A stretch of DNA of 63,754 nucleotides, the filler included, from Octopus bimaculoides (Eukaryota), in assembly GCF_001194135.2 (NCBI RefSeq). It is 5 parts of 5 records of this genome, joined end to end, with 100 filler letters (N's around TTAATTAATTAA, not from the genome) between each part and the next. Parts side by side here need not be neighbours in the genome. Positions count along the whole stretch, not along the records: positions 37,339 to 47,892 come from NC_068987.1; positions 47,993 to 63,754 come from NC_068981.1; 3 more parts are not named here. The stretch is one strand, 5' to 3'. The notes under the pieces are model-generated. The model had not been told where the DNA came from. It saw nothing but the letters and a program-made list of their open reading frames with translations, and did not search any database. A program made the translations under genes and the position numbers. This document shows, in pieces, positions 38,075-50,609 of the stretch; positions within the stretch are counted from its first letter, which is position 1; each line of letters begins with the position of its first letter.

Positions 38075-38122
<48 letters not shown>

Positions 38123-38472
38123 NNNNNNNNNNNNNNNNNNNNNNNNNNNNNNNNNNNNNNNNNNNNNNNNNNNNNNNNNNNNNNNNNNNNNNNNNNNNNN
38201 NNNNNNNNNNNNNNNNNNNNNNNNNNNNNNNNNNNNNNNNNNNNNNNNNNNNNNNNNNNNNNNNNNNNNNNNNNNNNNNNNNNNNNNNNNNNNNNNNNNN
38301 NNNNNNNNNNNNNNNNNNNNNNNNNNNNNNNNNNNNNNNNNNNNNNNNNNNNNNNNNNNNNNNNNNNNNNNNNNNNNNNNNNNNNNNNNNNNNNNNNNNN
38401 NNNNNNNNNNNNNNNNNNNNNNNNNNNNNNNNNNNNNNNNNNNNNNNNNNNNNNNNNNNNNNNNNNNNNNNN

Positions 38473-38521
<49 letters not shown>

Positions 38522-38632
38522 TCCCTTCTCCTCCCCCTCTCTCTCTCTCACTTATTCAATCCACTATTATTTCCTGCCTTTTAAACTTCGCTCTTATCGC
38601 TTTTTTTTCTACTTCTCCTTTCCTTATCATTA

Positions 38633-38676
<44 letters not shown>

Positions 38677-38728
38677 AAGTACGCACGCAACACGCTCACA
38701 CACACATACACGTACACACACACATACA

Positions 38729-38761
<33 letters not shown>

Positions 38762-38852
38762 CTGTACACTCACACACAGCTCAGCTCTTTCCTTCCCAGT
38801 CTATCTATCTATCTAGCTAGCTAGCTATTCTTTCTATCTATCTCTCTGTCTG

Positions 38853-38907
<55 letters not shown>

Positions 38908-38963
38908 CTCTTATTCCTTCCTGCGTTCGTCTTTCTCATACACACCTCCATTTGTCCTCCATT

Positions 38964-39018
<55 letters not shown>

Positions 39019-39301
39019 GTTTAATATTATAATTTCTCTTTTACTTTGCTTCTTTTACTTGCTTCATTATCCCACTTTAACTTTCACTTCCTCTCTTCAA
39101 TCATTGTTCTACTTCCGCTTCAATGTAGCTATCAACCCAGCTTCCGGCGCTGACCAAACAACTAGAGGGGATGTAAAATGGTTATCGTTATAACAATTCC
39201 ATCACACGACTTCTCATTGGTAATGAATTAGACATTTGTCTTGGTCTTTCTATGAGGTAATTATTTTGATCACCACAACCGTCCTAATCGCTCTTCGTCT
39301 G

Positions 39302-39340
<39 letters not shown>

Positions 39341-39460
39341 CTCACCTATCTACCTATTACCTACCTACTACCTGCCTGTCTAGCTGTCTGTCTGTCTATC
39401 AATTATCTCTGTCTATCTACCTGTTTGTCAACCTGTCTCTTCAAGTATATATGTATGTAT

Positions 39461-39945
39461 GTCATTGTTCAGTTTTATTTCAAGATTTCTTGCCAATGGA
39501 GAAAGAGCCGGTTTCTAACCTAGATCCGAGGCTCCTTCATTAAAATTTCAACATCAACAACAGGGTATTTTTTTTGTATGTATGTATGAATGTATGTAGT
39601 ATGTATGTATGTATGTATGTATGTATGTATGTATGTATGTGTGTATGTATGTATGTATGTATGTGCAGATTTGTATGCTTTATGTACGTATTCTTATGCA
39701 TATATTTGCATATCTAGACATGCTCATATATATTTAAATGATAAACTTTTGGAAAGTTTTACAGACTTTTACAGTTCCTGTGATGGATTGGATCTGTAGT
39801 CTTCGAATTAGATTTCTCCTTTCTAGTTTTGAGAAGCCTAATTTCTCAAGATTAGTATTTAGGCAGTGTGTTACATATCCCAGGGCCCCAATAATTACAG
39901 TATGAAACTGAACTTGTAATCTGGATAGAGTAACTGTAGATTTCT
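39461..39945 (-). mobile_element. R4/Dong-clade LINE 3' end (restriction-like endonuclease C-terminus and 3' UTR)
   Basis: RNLQLLYPDYKF, frameshift, then VIIGALGYVTHCLNTNLEKLGFSKLERRNLIRRLQIQSITGTVKVCKTFQKFII* (stop 39734-36); IIGALG and GTxKICKTF are typical RLE-end motifs; embedded in (TACA)n. Confidence 0.75.
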
Positions 39946-40726
39946 NNNNNNNNNNNNNNNNNNNNNNNNNNNNNNNNNNNNNNNNNNNNNNNNNNNNNNN
40001 NNNNNNNNNNNNNNNNNNNNNNNNNNNNNNNNNNNNNNNNNNNNNNNNNNNNNNNNNNNNNNNNNNNNNNNNNNNNNNNNNNNNNNNNNNNNNNNNNNNN
40101 NNNNNNNNNNNNNNNNNNNNNNNNNNNNNNNNNNNNNNNNNNNNNNNNNNNNNNNNNNNNNNNNNNNNNNNNNNNNNNNNNNNNNNNNNNNNNNNNNNNN
40201 NNNNNNNNNNNNNNNNNNNNNNGATGGATGGATGGATGGATGGAAATAATAAGGCATTAGTGTAGAATAGCATCGATAAAAGTGAATACTTTTACAAAGC
40301 TGAAAGCCTAAGGGTGGATAAAAAGCGACGCGTCATCTTTGTTAAATAATACATTAAACTAGGCGAAATAATAAACCGGTGTCAAATATAAGTATATGTA
40401 TGTATGTGTGTATGTATGTATGTATGTATGTATGTATGTATGTATGTATGTGTGTATGTATGTATGTGTGTGTGTAGAGAAGAGAGAGAGAGGCGGTGGG
40501 GTGGTCATAGACAGTTAAATTACAACAATAAATGGAAATCAAATCAGACGGAAGAAAAAAACAGCTGAAAATCAGTTAACTATCGCAGGAGTAGAATAAA
40601 GATATGTTGCGATGGATCCTCCGTCGTTTGTGACGATGAACATTCAGCTGTTTTATCAACCGAATTATCTACTACTCGTTAAGTTAATGTGTATGCATGC
40701 AGTATGCGTTCCACGAAAAAGCTTAC

Positions 40727-42260
40727 GCCCAATGAAATCTCGAGGACAGAATCAATCAGCGTGAAACAGTGTATGAGGGGAGGATTTTCGATTTATATTA
40801 ACCGATTCGAAAGCTTCAACACAGTTTCATTTCACTCAGTTTCATTCACAAGGCTTGAGTCCATCAGAATCTAAATTACAAAAAAACAAAAACAAAAAAA
40901 ACAAACACCTAAGATATCGACGAATTGGATCGAACCTACAACCACATAGTTACAAAGTAAACTTAGTCACACTTACGTCGCCTTACTTCTCGTATATGTA
41001 AACGATAAGGTTCGCGAATAAATACCAGGCCAACATACGTACTGCTGGGATTCTATCAAAGTCAGAAGTGATATCAGACTGGTTAGCTTCTTTTGATTTG
41101 GCAGAAAGGGCCCCATATTTTTAGGAAAAAGTTTGTGAAGNNNNNNNNNNNNNNNNNNNNNNNNNNNNNNNNNNNNNNNNNNNNNNNNNNNNNNNNNNNN
41201 NNNNNNNNNNNNNNNNNNNNNNNNNNNNNNNNNNNNNNNNNNNNNNNNNNNNNNNNNNNNNNNNNNNNNNNNNNNNNNNNNNNNNNNNNNNNNNNNNNNN
41301 NNNNNNNNNNNNNNNNNNNNNNNNNNNNNNNNNNNNNNNNNNNNNNNNNNNNNNNNNNNNNNNNNNNNNNNNNNNNNNNNNNNNNNNNNNNNNNNNNNNN
41401 NNNNNNNNNNNNNNNNNNNNNNNNNNNNNNNNNNNNNNNNNNNNNNNNNNNNNNNNNNNNNNNNNNNNNNNNNNNNNNNNNNNNNNNNNNNNNNNNNNNN
41501 NNNNNNNNNNNNNNNNNNNNNNNNNNNNNNNNNNNNNNNNNNNNNNNNNNNNNNNNNNNNNNNNNNNNNNNNNNNNNNNNNNNNNNNNNNNNNNNNNNNN
41601 NNNNNNNNNNNNNNNNNNNNNNNNNNNNNNNNNNNNNNNNNNNNNNNNNNNNNNNNNNNNNNNNNNNNNNNNNNNNNNNNNNNNNNNNNNNNNNNNNNNN
41701 NNNNNNNNNNNNNNNNNNNNNNNNNNNNNNNNNNNNNNNNNNNNNNNNNNNNNNNNNNNNNNNNNNNNNNNNNNNNNNNNNNNNNNNNNNNNNNNNNNNN
41801 NNNNNNNNNNNNNNNNNNNNNNNNNNNNNNNNNNNNNNNNNNNNNNGCCCAATGAAATCTCGAGGACAGAATCAATCAGCGTGAAACAGTGTATGAGGGG
41901 AGGATTTTCGATTTATATTAACCGATTCGAAAGCTTCAACACAGTTTCATTTCACTCAGTTTCATTCACAAGGCTTGAGTCCATCAGAATCTAAATTACA
42001 AAAAAACAAAAACAAAAAAAACAAACACCTAAGATATCGACGAATTGGATCGAACCTACAACCACATAGTTACAAAGTAAACTTAGTCACACTTACGTCG
42101 CCTTACTTCTCGTATATGTAAACGATAAGGTTCGCGAATAAATACCAGGCCAACATACGTACTGCTGGGATTCTATCAAAGTCAGAAGTGATATCAGACT
42201 GGTTAGCTTCTTTTGATTTGGCAGAAAGGGCCCCATATTTTTAGGAAAAAGTTTGTGAAG
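40727..42260. repeat. 414-bp exact direct duplication flanking an N gap (40727-41140 and 41847-42260)
   Basis: Identical by inspection from gcccaatgaaatct to gtttgtgaag on both sides of the gap; most likely an unmerged contig overlap. Confidence 0.85.
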
Positions 42261-44237
42261 TTGCAGCTTTTCTAGATGTGAAATAACTTCAGTTTAGAGT
42301 CCACACCGTATGTGAATGCAACACTAACACGATTAAATTCAATTCGTGTGTGTGTGTGTGTGTGTCTGTGTGTGTGTCCCTCACATAAATTAAATTTGAT
42401 AGGTCTACTCGATCAGGAACTAAACAGTAACAACAAAGGTGGTGGTGACAACTTCAACAACAAAGACAACGACGATGTTGATAACAACAACAACAACGAG
42501 AACAAAGGATATGGCGATGACGACGACGACGACGACGGTCACAGCGACAGCGACAAACTCAATCATCGAATTACTGACAGTAAATTTCCTTTGGCGAGAG
42601 TCAAGTGATATCGGTGAATTGTGACCAAATTTATTGGAACCGATTTTCTGGCCACCATCATTGTTTAGTTTTGTTTTCTATTGACAAAACACTTCCGGGT
42701 TTAATGCGCGGTATAAACTGTCTCATACAAATACAATGTTAAGTCTTGTGTGGGAAGTTGTTTGATGGGATGGAATGAAAGAAGCGGTAGACTATATATA
42801 CACATATATATATATATATATACATATNNNNNNNNNNNNNNNNNNNNNNNNNNNNNNNNNNNNNNNNNNNNNNNNNNNNNNNNNNNNNNNNNNNNNNNNN
42901 NNNNNNNNNNNNNNNNNNNNNNNNNNNNNNNNNNNNNNNNNNNNNNNNNNNNNNNNNNNNNNNNNNNNNNNNNNNNNNNNNNNNNNNNNNNNNNNNNNNN
43001 NNNNNNNNNNNNNNNNNNNNNNNNNNNNNNNNNNNNNNNNNNNNNNNNNNNNNNNNNNNNNNNNNNNNNNNNNNNNNNNNNNNNNNNNNNNNNNNNNNNN
43101 NNNNNNNNNNNNNNNNNNNNNNNNNNNNNNNNNNNNNNNNNNNNNNNNNNNNNNNNNNNNNNNNNNNNNNNNNNNNNNNNNNNNNNNNNNNNNNNNNNNN
43201 NNNNNNNNNNNNNNNNNNNNNNNNNNNNNNNNNGACGCTGTCAGGCCGTTATCTGTATAAATGAAATAAACGCATGCTGTCACCTAACGAAACATATTAA
43301 CGTCACCACAGAAACTTATTAATAGTCAACAATAGGACTAATGTCAATATATGTTATGTACTTTTGCTTTGCAATTTAATCCTTTTCCCAAAGAACGGGG
43401 CACATTCGTATAGCCTTGTGCGATTTAAGCATCCATATAAGGTAGTCTTTTTAGCTTTAATTTTTTTACCTGTTTCTTTGTACCTTGACTACAGCCATGC
43501 TAGAGCAAGGTTTTGAAGGTTTTTTTTTTTGTTTTTTAGTTAAACAGATCATTCTCGGTTCCTTTACCATTTATTATATTTTTTTAAAGTTTGGCATTTA
43601 TTCTGTCTGTTTCTTTTGCCGGACTGGTAAGTTACAGGGGTGTAAACAGACCAAAACTGGTTGTCAAGCGGTGGAGGTAGACAAACACAGATATAAAGAC
43701 CCACACACACTCACACACGTACAAGTACACACATACACATACACACACACATGCACACTCCTGATATATATTTTGCAATTGTAATTATTTATCTCTATAA
43801 AAGTATTGATCAAAATAATGTGACTCTGATCTTTTGCATTCGATAATACTTGTTCTGTTAACTACTTCATGTTGCAACAGAAAGCCATTAAAGAAAAGAG
43901 TTATACGTCACATACAACATATCTATACAGCATATTCAGTTTGTTTTCAATTAAAACCTTGCAGAGCTGTTGCACCAAGATACATTATTATCTGCTTAAA
44001 TTAACTGATCTTGATAGTTGAACTGTTGACCCCTAGATAACTAGAACATTTGAACTGACAATCAGAATTCAACTATCTAGTTCGCTAAAAACTGGTGATC
44101 TCGATATCTGGCAGATATTTTCATAAGATGAAATATCAAAAATATTCTTTACTAGTTATGATATACCAAGGAAATGTGGGAGAAAGTACAAGTTTATAAC
44201 GTTTGCTCCAATGTACGTTTCACCGTTGAGGCTGGTT

Positions 44238-44436
44238 TGGAACCTCTGCAGTTGGGTGTAATTCGGTCCTTAGCTCCAACGGATCATAAGGGAACACATT
44301 AATTGTTGACCTCTGCAGTTGGGTGCAATTCAGTGCTTAACCACAACGGATCATAAGGGAACACATTATTTGGAACCTCTACAGTTGGGTGTAATTCGGT
44401 GCTTAATCACAACGGATCATAAAGGAACACATTATT
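44238..44436. repeat. Minisatellite, three copies of a roughly 66-bp unit
   Basis: acctct.cagttgggtg.aattc.gt.ctta...caacggatcataa.ggaacacatta repeated three times; inverted partial copy at 44503-44518. Confidence 0.85.
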
Positions 44437-44653
44437 GCGTTATGTTACAGAGAACTTAGACATTACTTCTCCGTAACAGAACGCAATAAAGTGTTTCCTG
44501 ACGATCCGTTTTGGTTAATCATCCCTTTGCACTTAGAACATCCAATACAGAGCTCCAAACAACCACAATGGTGAAACGTACTTAGAAACTAATAATATAA
44601 GCTTACTCGCTCTTTCTTTCTCCCTTATTGTGTGTGTGTGAGTGTGAGTGTGA

Positions 44654-44696
<43 letters not shown>

Positions 44697-45689
44697 AGAA
44701 AGAAAGAAAGAAAGAAAGAAAAAGAGAGAGAGAGAGAGAAAGAAAGAGAAAGAAAGAGAGAGAGAGAGAGAAGGAAAGAAAGAGAAAGAGAGAGAGAGAG
44801 AGANNNNNNNNNNNNNNNNNNNNNNNNNNNNNNNNNNNNNNNNNNNNNNNNNNNNNNNNNNNNNNNNNNNNNNNNNNNNNNNNNNNNNNNNNNNNNNNNN
44901 NNNNNNNNNNNNNNNNNNNNNNNNNNNNNNNNNNNNNNNNNNNNNNNNNNNNNNNNNNNNNNNNNNNNNNNNNNNNNNNNNNNNNNNNNNNNNNNNNNNN
45001 NNNNNNNNNNNNNNNNNNNNNNNNNNNNNNNNNNNNNNNNNNNNNNNNNNNNNNNNNNNNNNNNNNNNNNNNNNNNNNNNNNNNNNNNNNNNNNNNNNNN
45101 NNNNNNNNNNNNNNNNNNNNNNNNNNNNNNNNNNNNNNNNNNNNNNNNNNNNNNNNNNNNNNNNNNNNNNNNNNNNNNNNNNNNNNNNNNNNNNNNNNNN
45201 NNNNNNNNNNNNNNNNNNNNNNNNNNNNNNNNNNNNNNNNNNNNNNNNNNNNNNNNNNNNNNNNNNNNNNNNNNNNNNNNNNNNNNNNNNNNNNNNNNNN
45301 NNNNNNNNNNNNNNNNNNNNNNNNNNNNNNNNNNNNNNNNNNNNNNNNNNNNNNNNNNNNNNNNNNNNNNNNNNNNNNNNNNNNNNNNNNNNNNNNNNNN
45401 NNNNNNNNNNNNNNNNNNNNNNNNNNNNNNNNNNNNNNNNNNNNNNNNNNNNNNNNNNNNNNNNNNNNNNNNNNNNNNNNNNNNNNNNNNNNNNNNNNNN
45501 NNNNNNNNNNNNNNNNNNNNNNNNNNNNNNNNNNNNNNNNNNNNNNNNNNNNNATAAATACATACTCTCCCTTACGTTGAACTCTTTGTTAACTAAAATA
45601 CAAATATGTTCAATAGAATATAGATTTTTTCGACAAAAATACCAATAATTTTTCTCAAAGAAAAATTATTTGAAATTTCTAACGCAGAA

Positions 45690-45908
45690 GGTGGATCCTT
45701 CCATTAAGACACAAGGCTCAAAATTTTTGGTGAAGGAGTCAGTCGATTATATCGACCTCAGTACACAACTGGTACTTAATTTATCGACCCGGAAAGGATG
45801 AAAGGCAAAGTCGACCTCGGTGGAATTTGAATTCAGAACGTAGTGACAGACGAAACACCGCGAAGCATTTCGCCCGTTCTGCTAACGTTTCTGCCATGTC
45901 GCCGCCTG
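45690..45908 (-). mobile_element. SINE family 2 copy
   Basis: cacaaggc...agtcgattatatcgacc...actggtacttaattttatcgaccc.gaaaggatgaaaggcaaagtcgacctcgg...gctaacgtttctgcc. Confidence 0.85.
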
Positions 45909-47586
45909 CTTTCCATCGAGGAATTAAGAAACAAACATTTCTTTCTTGGTTTCTAGGATAAACAAACGGAAATTAATCCTTACTACCTTTAATATAGATT
46001 TACATCCATGTGTATACATTTAAATGTGTGCACACCTTTTAAGTTTTACAGGTAGCCTATTTCTGCCGATAGCAGTTGACTGCATTTTAGCTTTCAGTTA
46101 AAATTAAAGTGTTGTCAAAATACACTGTACTTCGTACTATTCTGGAAACACAGTTGCACGCGCGCACAAACACACAGACACACACATATATATGTGTGTG
46201 TGTATATATATATATATGTGTGTGTGTGTGNNNNNNNNNNTATATATAATTGATATTCGGTTGCATTAGGTACTTAAGTTGAAGCACCAAATCAGTCCGG
46301 TATTATCCGGACAGCTCGAAATAAGGTGAATAACATCAAAATAAGCAACAGGATATCAAGTAGTGATGCAGTACTACCGTTTCAAGTGGCTCCATTTAAT
46401 TGAACAATGCAATTATTACATCAACTTAAATGAAGTGCCATCTTCAGCTGCACAAATAAATAAATGGAATTTAGCAAGTAGGACACAATATCGTTTTTCT
46501 CAAATATTTTAACAGAGCAAGATGGGAGAAATTCATGTTGTCGCTATTGTAGCAAAGAATAGACTATACTTCTAAGAATCGCATGGAGCAGAGTGGGGTC
46601 ATAGGGTTGTAAATGTTGTAATTAATTTCTAATTCATTAATCTCTTTATCAGCTACTAAATCTAAAACTAGAAGACTGTGTCTATTTTGAATAAAGGACA
46701 AGCGTGAGTTGACAGAAAATGGCTAGGTATGGTCATAAATGTCACCTTTTCTCCAGGGAGGAAATAAAACATTAGGAGTAGTCAGCTGGATATAAGTAAC
46801 TGTCTATAAAAAGAGGCAGGGCAAGTTTAGACTTTAAATCATGATGTTAATTACCAGTTAAAGGGGCAAGGCGCTAAGAAACCTAAGATGTTAATACAGA
46901 GTAAATTTTATTTAGGGGCACAATGGGTGATTGTTTATAAACAATATTGTTAAGTTGTATAAAAATAAAATTTAACAATTTCAAAAGTGACATAACCAAA
47001 ATTGGTTAATGGTGTGTATATATCAATTATAAACATTAAAAAGGAAAACTACATAAAATCAGTTTAATATTCATTCATGTACTTAATTAAATTACTTATT
47101 AGGTGGTTTCTATAAAGACTGCTCAGGGCATTTACTTATGGAATAACTGGAAAGATATATATGCTATCTATAAATTTTAAGCCATGAATCAGAAAAATGT
47201 AAAGATGCATACAGCTACATACACATTTATGTATGTGCATATATGCATATATATATACACATACACAATATTTATGCGTTTATATGGATATAGTGTGAAT
47301 ATCTCGCATAACTGAAAAATATCTATTTAAGAACAAGAAAAATAATAACTTATAAGGGATAAGAGGTTAAGAAGTAAGGATGTCAAAATACGAAAACAAA
47401 ATAAGAATTTATGGAATTCTTATTATGTACAGATTTTATATATTGAGAAAAAAGAAGAAGGATTTGGATATTTAGCACTTTCGTTCCTTAAAAGGATTCA
47501 TCAAGAATGATTTTTGATAGAAATAAAGGAAGGAATTTTCTTTAAGAAATCATTCATGAGGAATTTCTAAAAGTGATGAAAGTGCA

Positions 47587-47757
47587 AGGCGTAGGAGTGG
47601 CTGTGTGGTAAGTAGCTTGCTTACAAACCACATGGTTCCGGGTTCATTCCCATTGCATGAAACCTTGGCCAAGTGTCTTCTACTATAGCCTCGGGCCGAC
47701 CAAAGCCTTGTGAGTGGATTTGGTAGACGGAAACTGAAAGAAGCCTGTCGTATATAT

Positions 47758-47789
<32 letters not shown>

Positions 47790-47892
47790 ATGTATATGTT
47801 TGTCCCTCCAACATCGCTTGACAACCGATGCTGGTGTGTCTACGTCCCCGTAACTAAGCGGTTCGGCAAAAGAGACCGATAGAATAAGTACT
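47587..47892 (+). mobile_element. Well-preserved SINE family 3 copy
   Basis: aggcgtaggagtggctgtgtggtaagtagc...ggaaactgaaagaagcctgtcg (TA)n ...catcgcttgacaaccgatgctggtgtg...gagaccgatagaataagtact; cut by the spacer. Confidence 0.9.
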
Positions 47893-47992
47893 NNNNNNNN
47901 NNNNNNNNNNNNNNNNNNNNNNNNNNNNNNNNNNNNTTAATTAATTAANNNNNNNNNNNNNNNNNNNNNNNNNNNNNNNNNNNNNNNNNNNN
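47893..47992. other. Artificial scaffold-joining spacer
   Basis: 44 N + TTAATTAATTAA (47937-47948) + 44 N. Confidence 0.95.
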
Positions 47993-48049
<57 letters not shown>

Positions 48050-48359
48050 ACACACACAAACACAATATACACTGGGTGCAAAACATCTAAGATCTGGGTG
48101 TATTCATGCAATGACGTTCGATGGTGTTTTTCATTTTTTCTACATTGTACCATAGATAAATATACTGAATTGCTCACATGAATAGGCAATTATAAACGTG
48201 TCTGAGCCGAAGAAATATTTGTGTATCGTTACACATTTATACATTCAACTCTTCCGGTGACTAATCGTTGACACCCCGAAACTTAGAAGGAAATTAGGAA
48301 ATTCAGATTTGTTCATAATTAAGGATATTTGTAAATATCACGAGCAAGTGTTTCATATA

Positions 48360-48562
48360 TTCTTTTATTCTTTTATTCTTTTATCTGTTCCAGTCATAGA
48401 CTGCGGCTGTGCAGGAGCACCGCCTTGAAGGATTTTAGTCGAACAATTTGACCCCAGGACTTATCCTTTTTAAGCCTAGTATTTATTCTATAGGCCTCTT
48501 TTGCCAAACCACTAAGTTACGGGGACTCAAACACATCGACACCGGTTATCAAGCGGTGATGG

Positions 48563-48609
<47 letters not shown>

Positions 48610-48795
48610 NNNNNNNNNNACACACACACATATATATACGACGGGGATCTTTCAGTTTCCGCCTACCAAATCCACTCACAAGGCTCTGGTTGGACGAAGG
48701 CTCTAGTAGAAGACACTTGCCCAAGGTGTCACGCAGTGGGATTGAACCCGGAACCATGTGGTTGGGAAGTAAGTTTTTTACCACACAGCCACGCC
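48360..48795 (-). mobile_element. SINE family 3 copy; a second head copy lies at about 49475-49640
   Basis: Tail, CA tract and head all present; the head shares acggggatctttcagtttcc and aaggctctggttgg with the 49475 copy. Confidence 0.85.
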
Positions 48796-50028
48796 TGCAC
48801 CTATGTTCTTTTAGATTTCCAAAGATTTAATAAGAACATTTAAATACAAAGAAACAGGAAAGAAAGGAGGCAAGAAAGGAAAAGAAAGAGGAGAAAGAAA
48901 GAAAGCTTGGGTGGGAGTAAAACAGCGGAAGATCAACGGGGAGGGGTCCACATACCCCAGAGCAAATGATGTGCTTAGCCGCTCCCCGCTGTAATGACCG
49001 TGATGGTATTGCCGCAGAGGGTGACCAGCGATACTCCATCAAACGGGGATCATTTCTCCGATGGGCCGCCGTCATCACTATTTTGTGGAGGAAACTGATA
49101 GCGACAGAAACTGATAGCGGTCGGCCAGGTCCCTGCATTTACTCATTTTTCTATCCTCCGCGTTACGGGCAGCGACACCAGGGTTTGCAGTATACATACA
49201 TACATACATACATACATGCAGGTTTTCAGCATACATGCACACTTGTATACATACATAGATGCATACATAGATACATACATACATACATACATACATACAT
49301 ACATGCATGCTTGCATACATACATGCATGAATGCATGCATGCATACATAAATACATACATGCATGCATGCACACATACATACATACATACATACATACAT
49401 ACATAGTCGAACGCACACACACACACACACATGTACACACACATGTACACACACACATATATATATATATACATACGACGGGGATCTTTCAGTTTCCGTC
49501 TACCAAATCCATCCACTGACAAGGCTCTGGTTGGCCGAAGGCTCTGGTTGGCCGAAGGCTATAGTAGAAGGCACTTGCCCAAGGTGTCACGCAGTGGGAT
49601 TGAACCCGGAACCATGTGGTTGGGAAGCAAGCTTTTTACCACACATACATGCACACATACATACATACATACATACATACATACATAATACATACATACA
49701 TACGTACATGCATTCATGCATACATACATACATACATACATACACACACACATACATACATACATACATACATACATACATACAAGCAAAATGCCACTAC
49801 TCGAGATTTATGTATTGGAACTCCAAGAGCAACATAAATTAGCTACAAAATAACTGAAGAACAAAAGTGGGAGTGGAACCCTTAAACTCCCAAGATAAAA
49901 CTGAAAATATCGATTACGTCATATTTCTGTGGAAGACATGTGATCACTGACTGCTCAAAAATTATCATTGCAACACGATGTTATTGCTAGAACATGATGG
50001 CATATAGATACACACACATGCACACACA

Positions 50029-50117
<89 letters not shown>

Positions 50118-50609
50118 ATATACATATATACAAACGCACAAACATACACACGTACATATATAGGACACACACATACGTACTGTGTTCCTTTGAAACCCAT
50201 TTGCTTATTTCAGTACTCCAAATCCATATGTAGATGTTATATTTGTATGATATATGCATAAAAGTTGAAAACATTTTCTGCTGTGTAATAATATCAAAAT
50301 AGAAGACTGGAAAATTTTTTGTCCATTACATGTTTCATTCGCTAATAGGCGTTATAAAATTGTACATGTAGAAGAAAACATGTAAAGTATCTTCTATTCG
50401 AATTTTTTCAGACAATCAAATAACCAAAATTTACACTTAGATAAAGTGTTTATATATGTTTAGTAATCAAGAGAGGAGTGATTAGAGAATGAAGTAGTAA
50501 TTGTACACACATACACAATTATGCGTATGCACACACACCCAGACATATATGCACACACACACACACACATACACATATTCATATACCCGCATTATATATA
50601 TATATATAT

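Noticed and set aside
39500-39550. ttaatga...stem...gaaaccggctc (minus strand) in the R4/Dong 3' UTR as a hammerhead
   Set aside because: Core reads UUAAUGA instead of CUGAUGA; catalytic nucleotides missing.
44238-44436. CRISPR-like array
   Set aside because: Contiguous diverged units without unique spacers, in a eukaryotic context with no cas genes.
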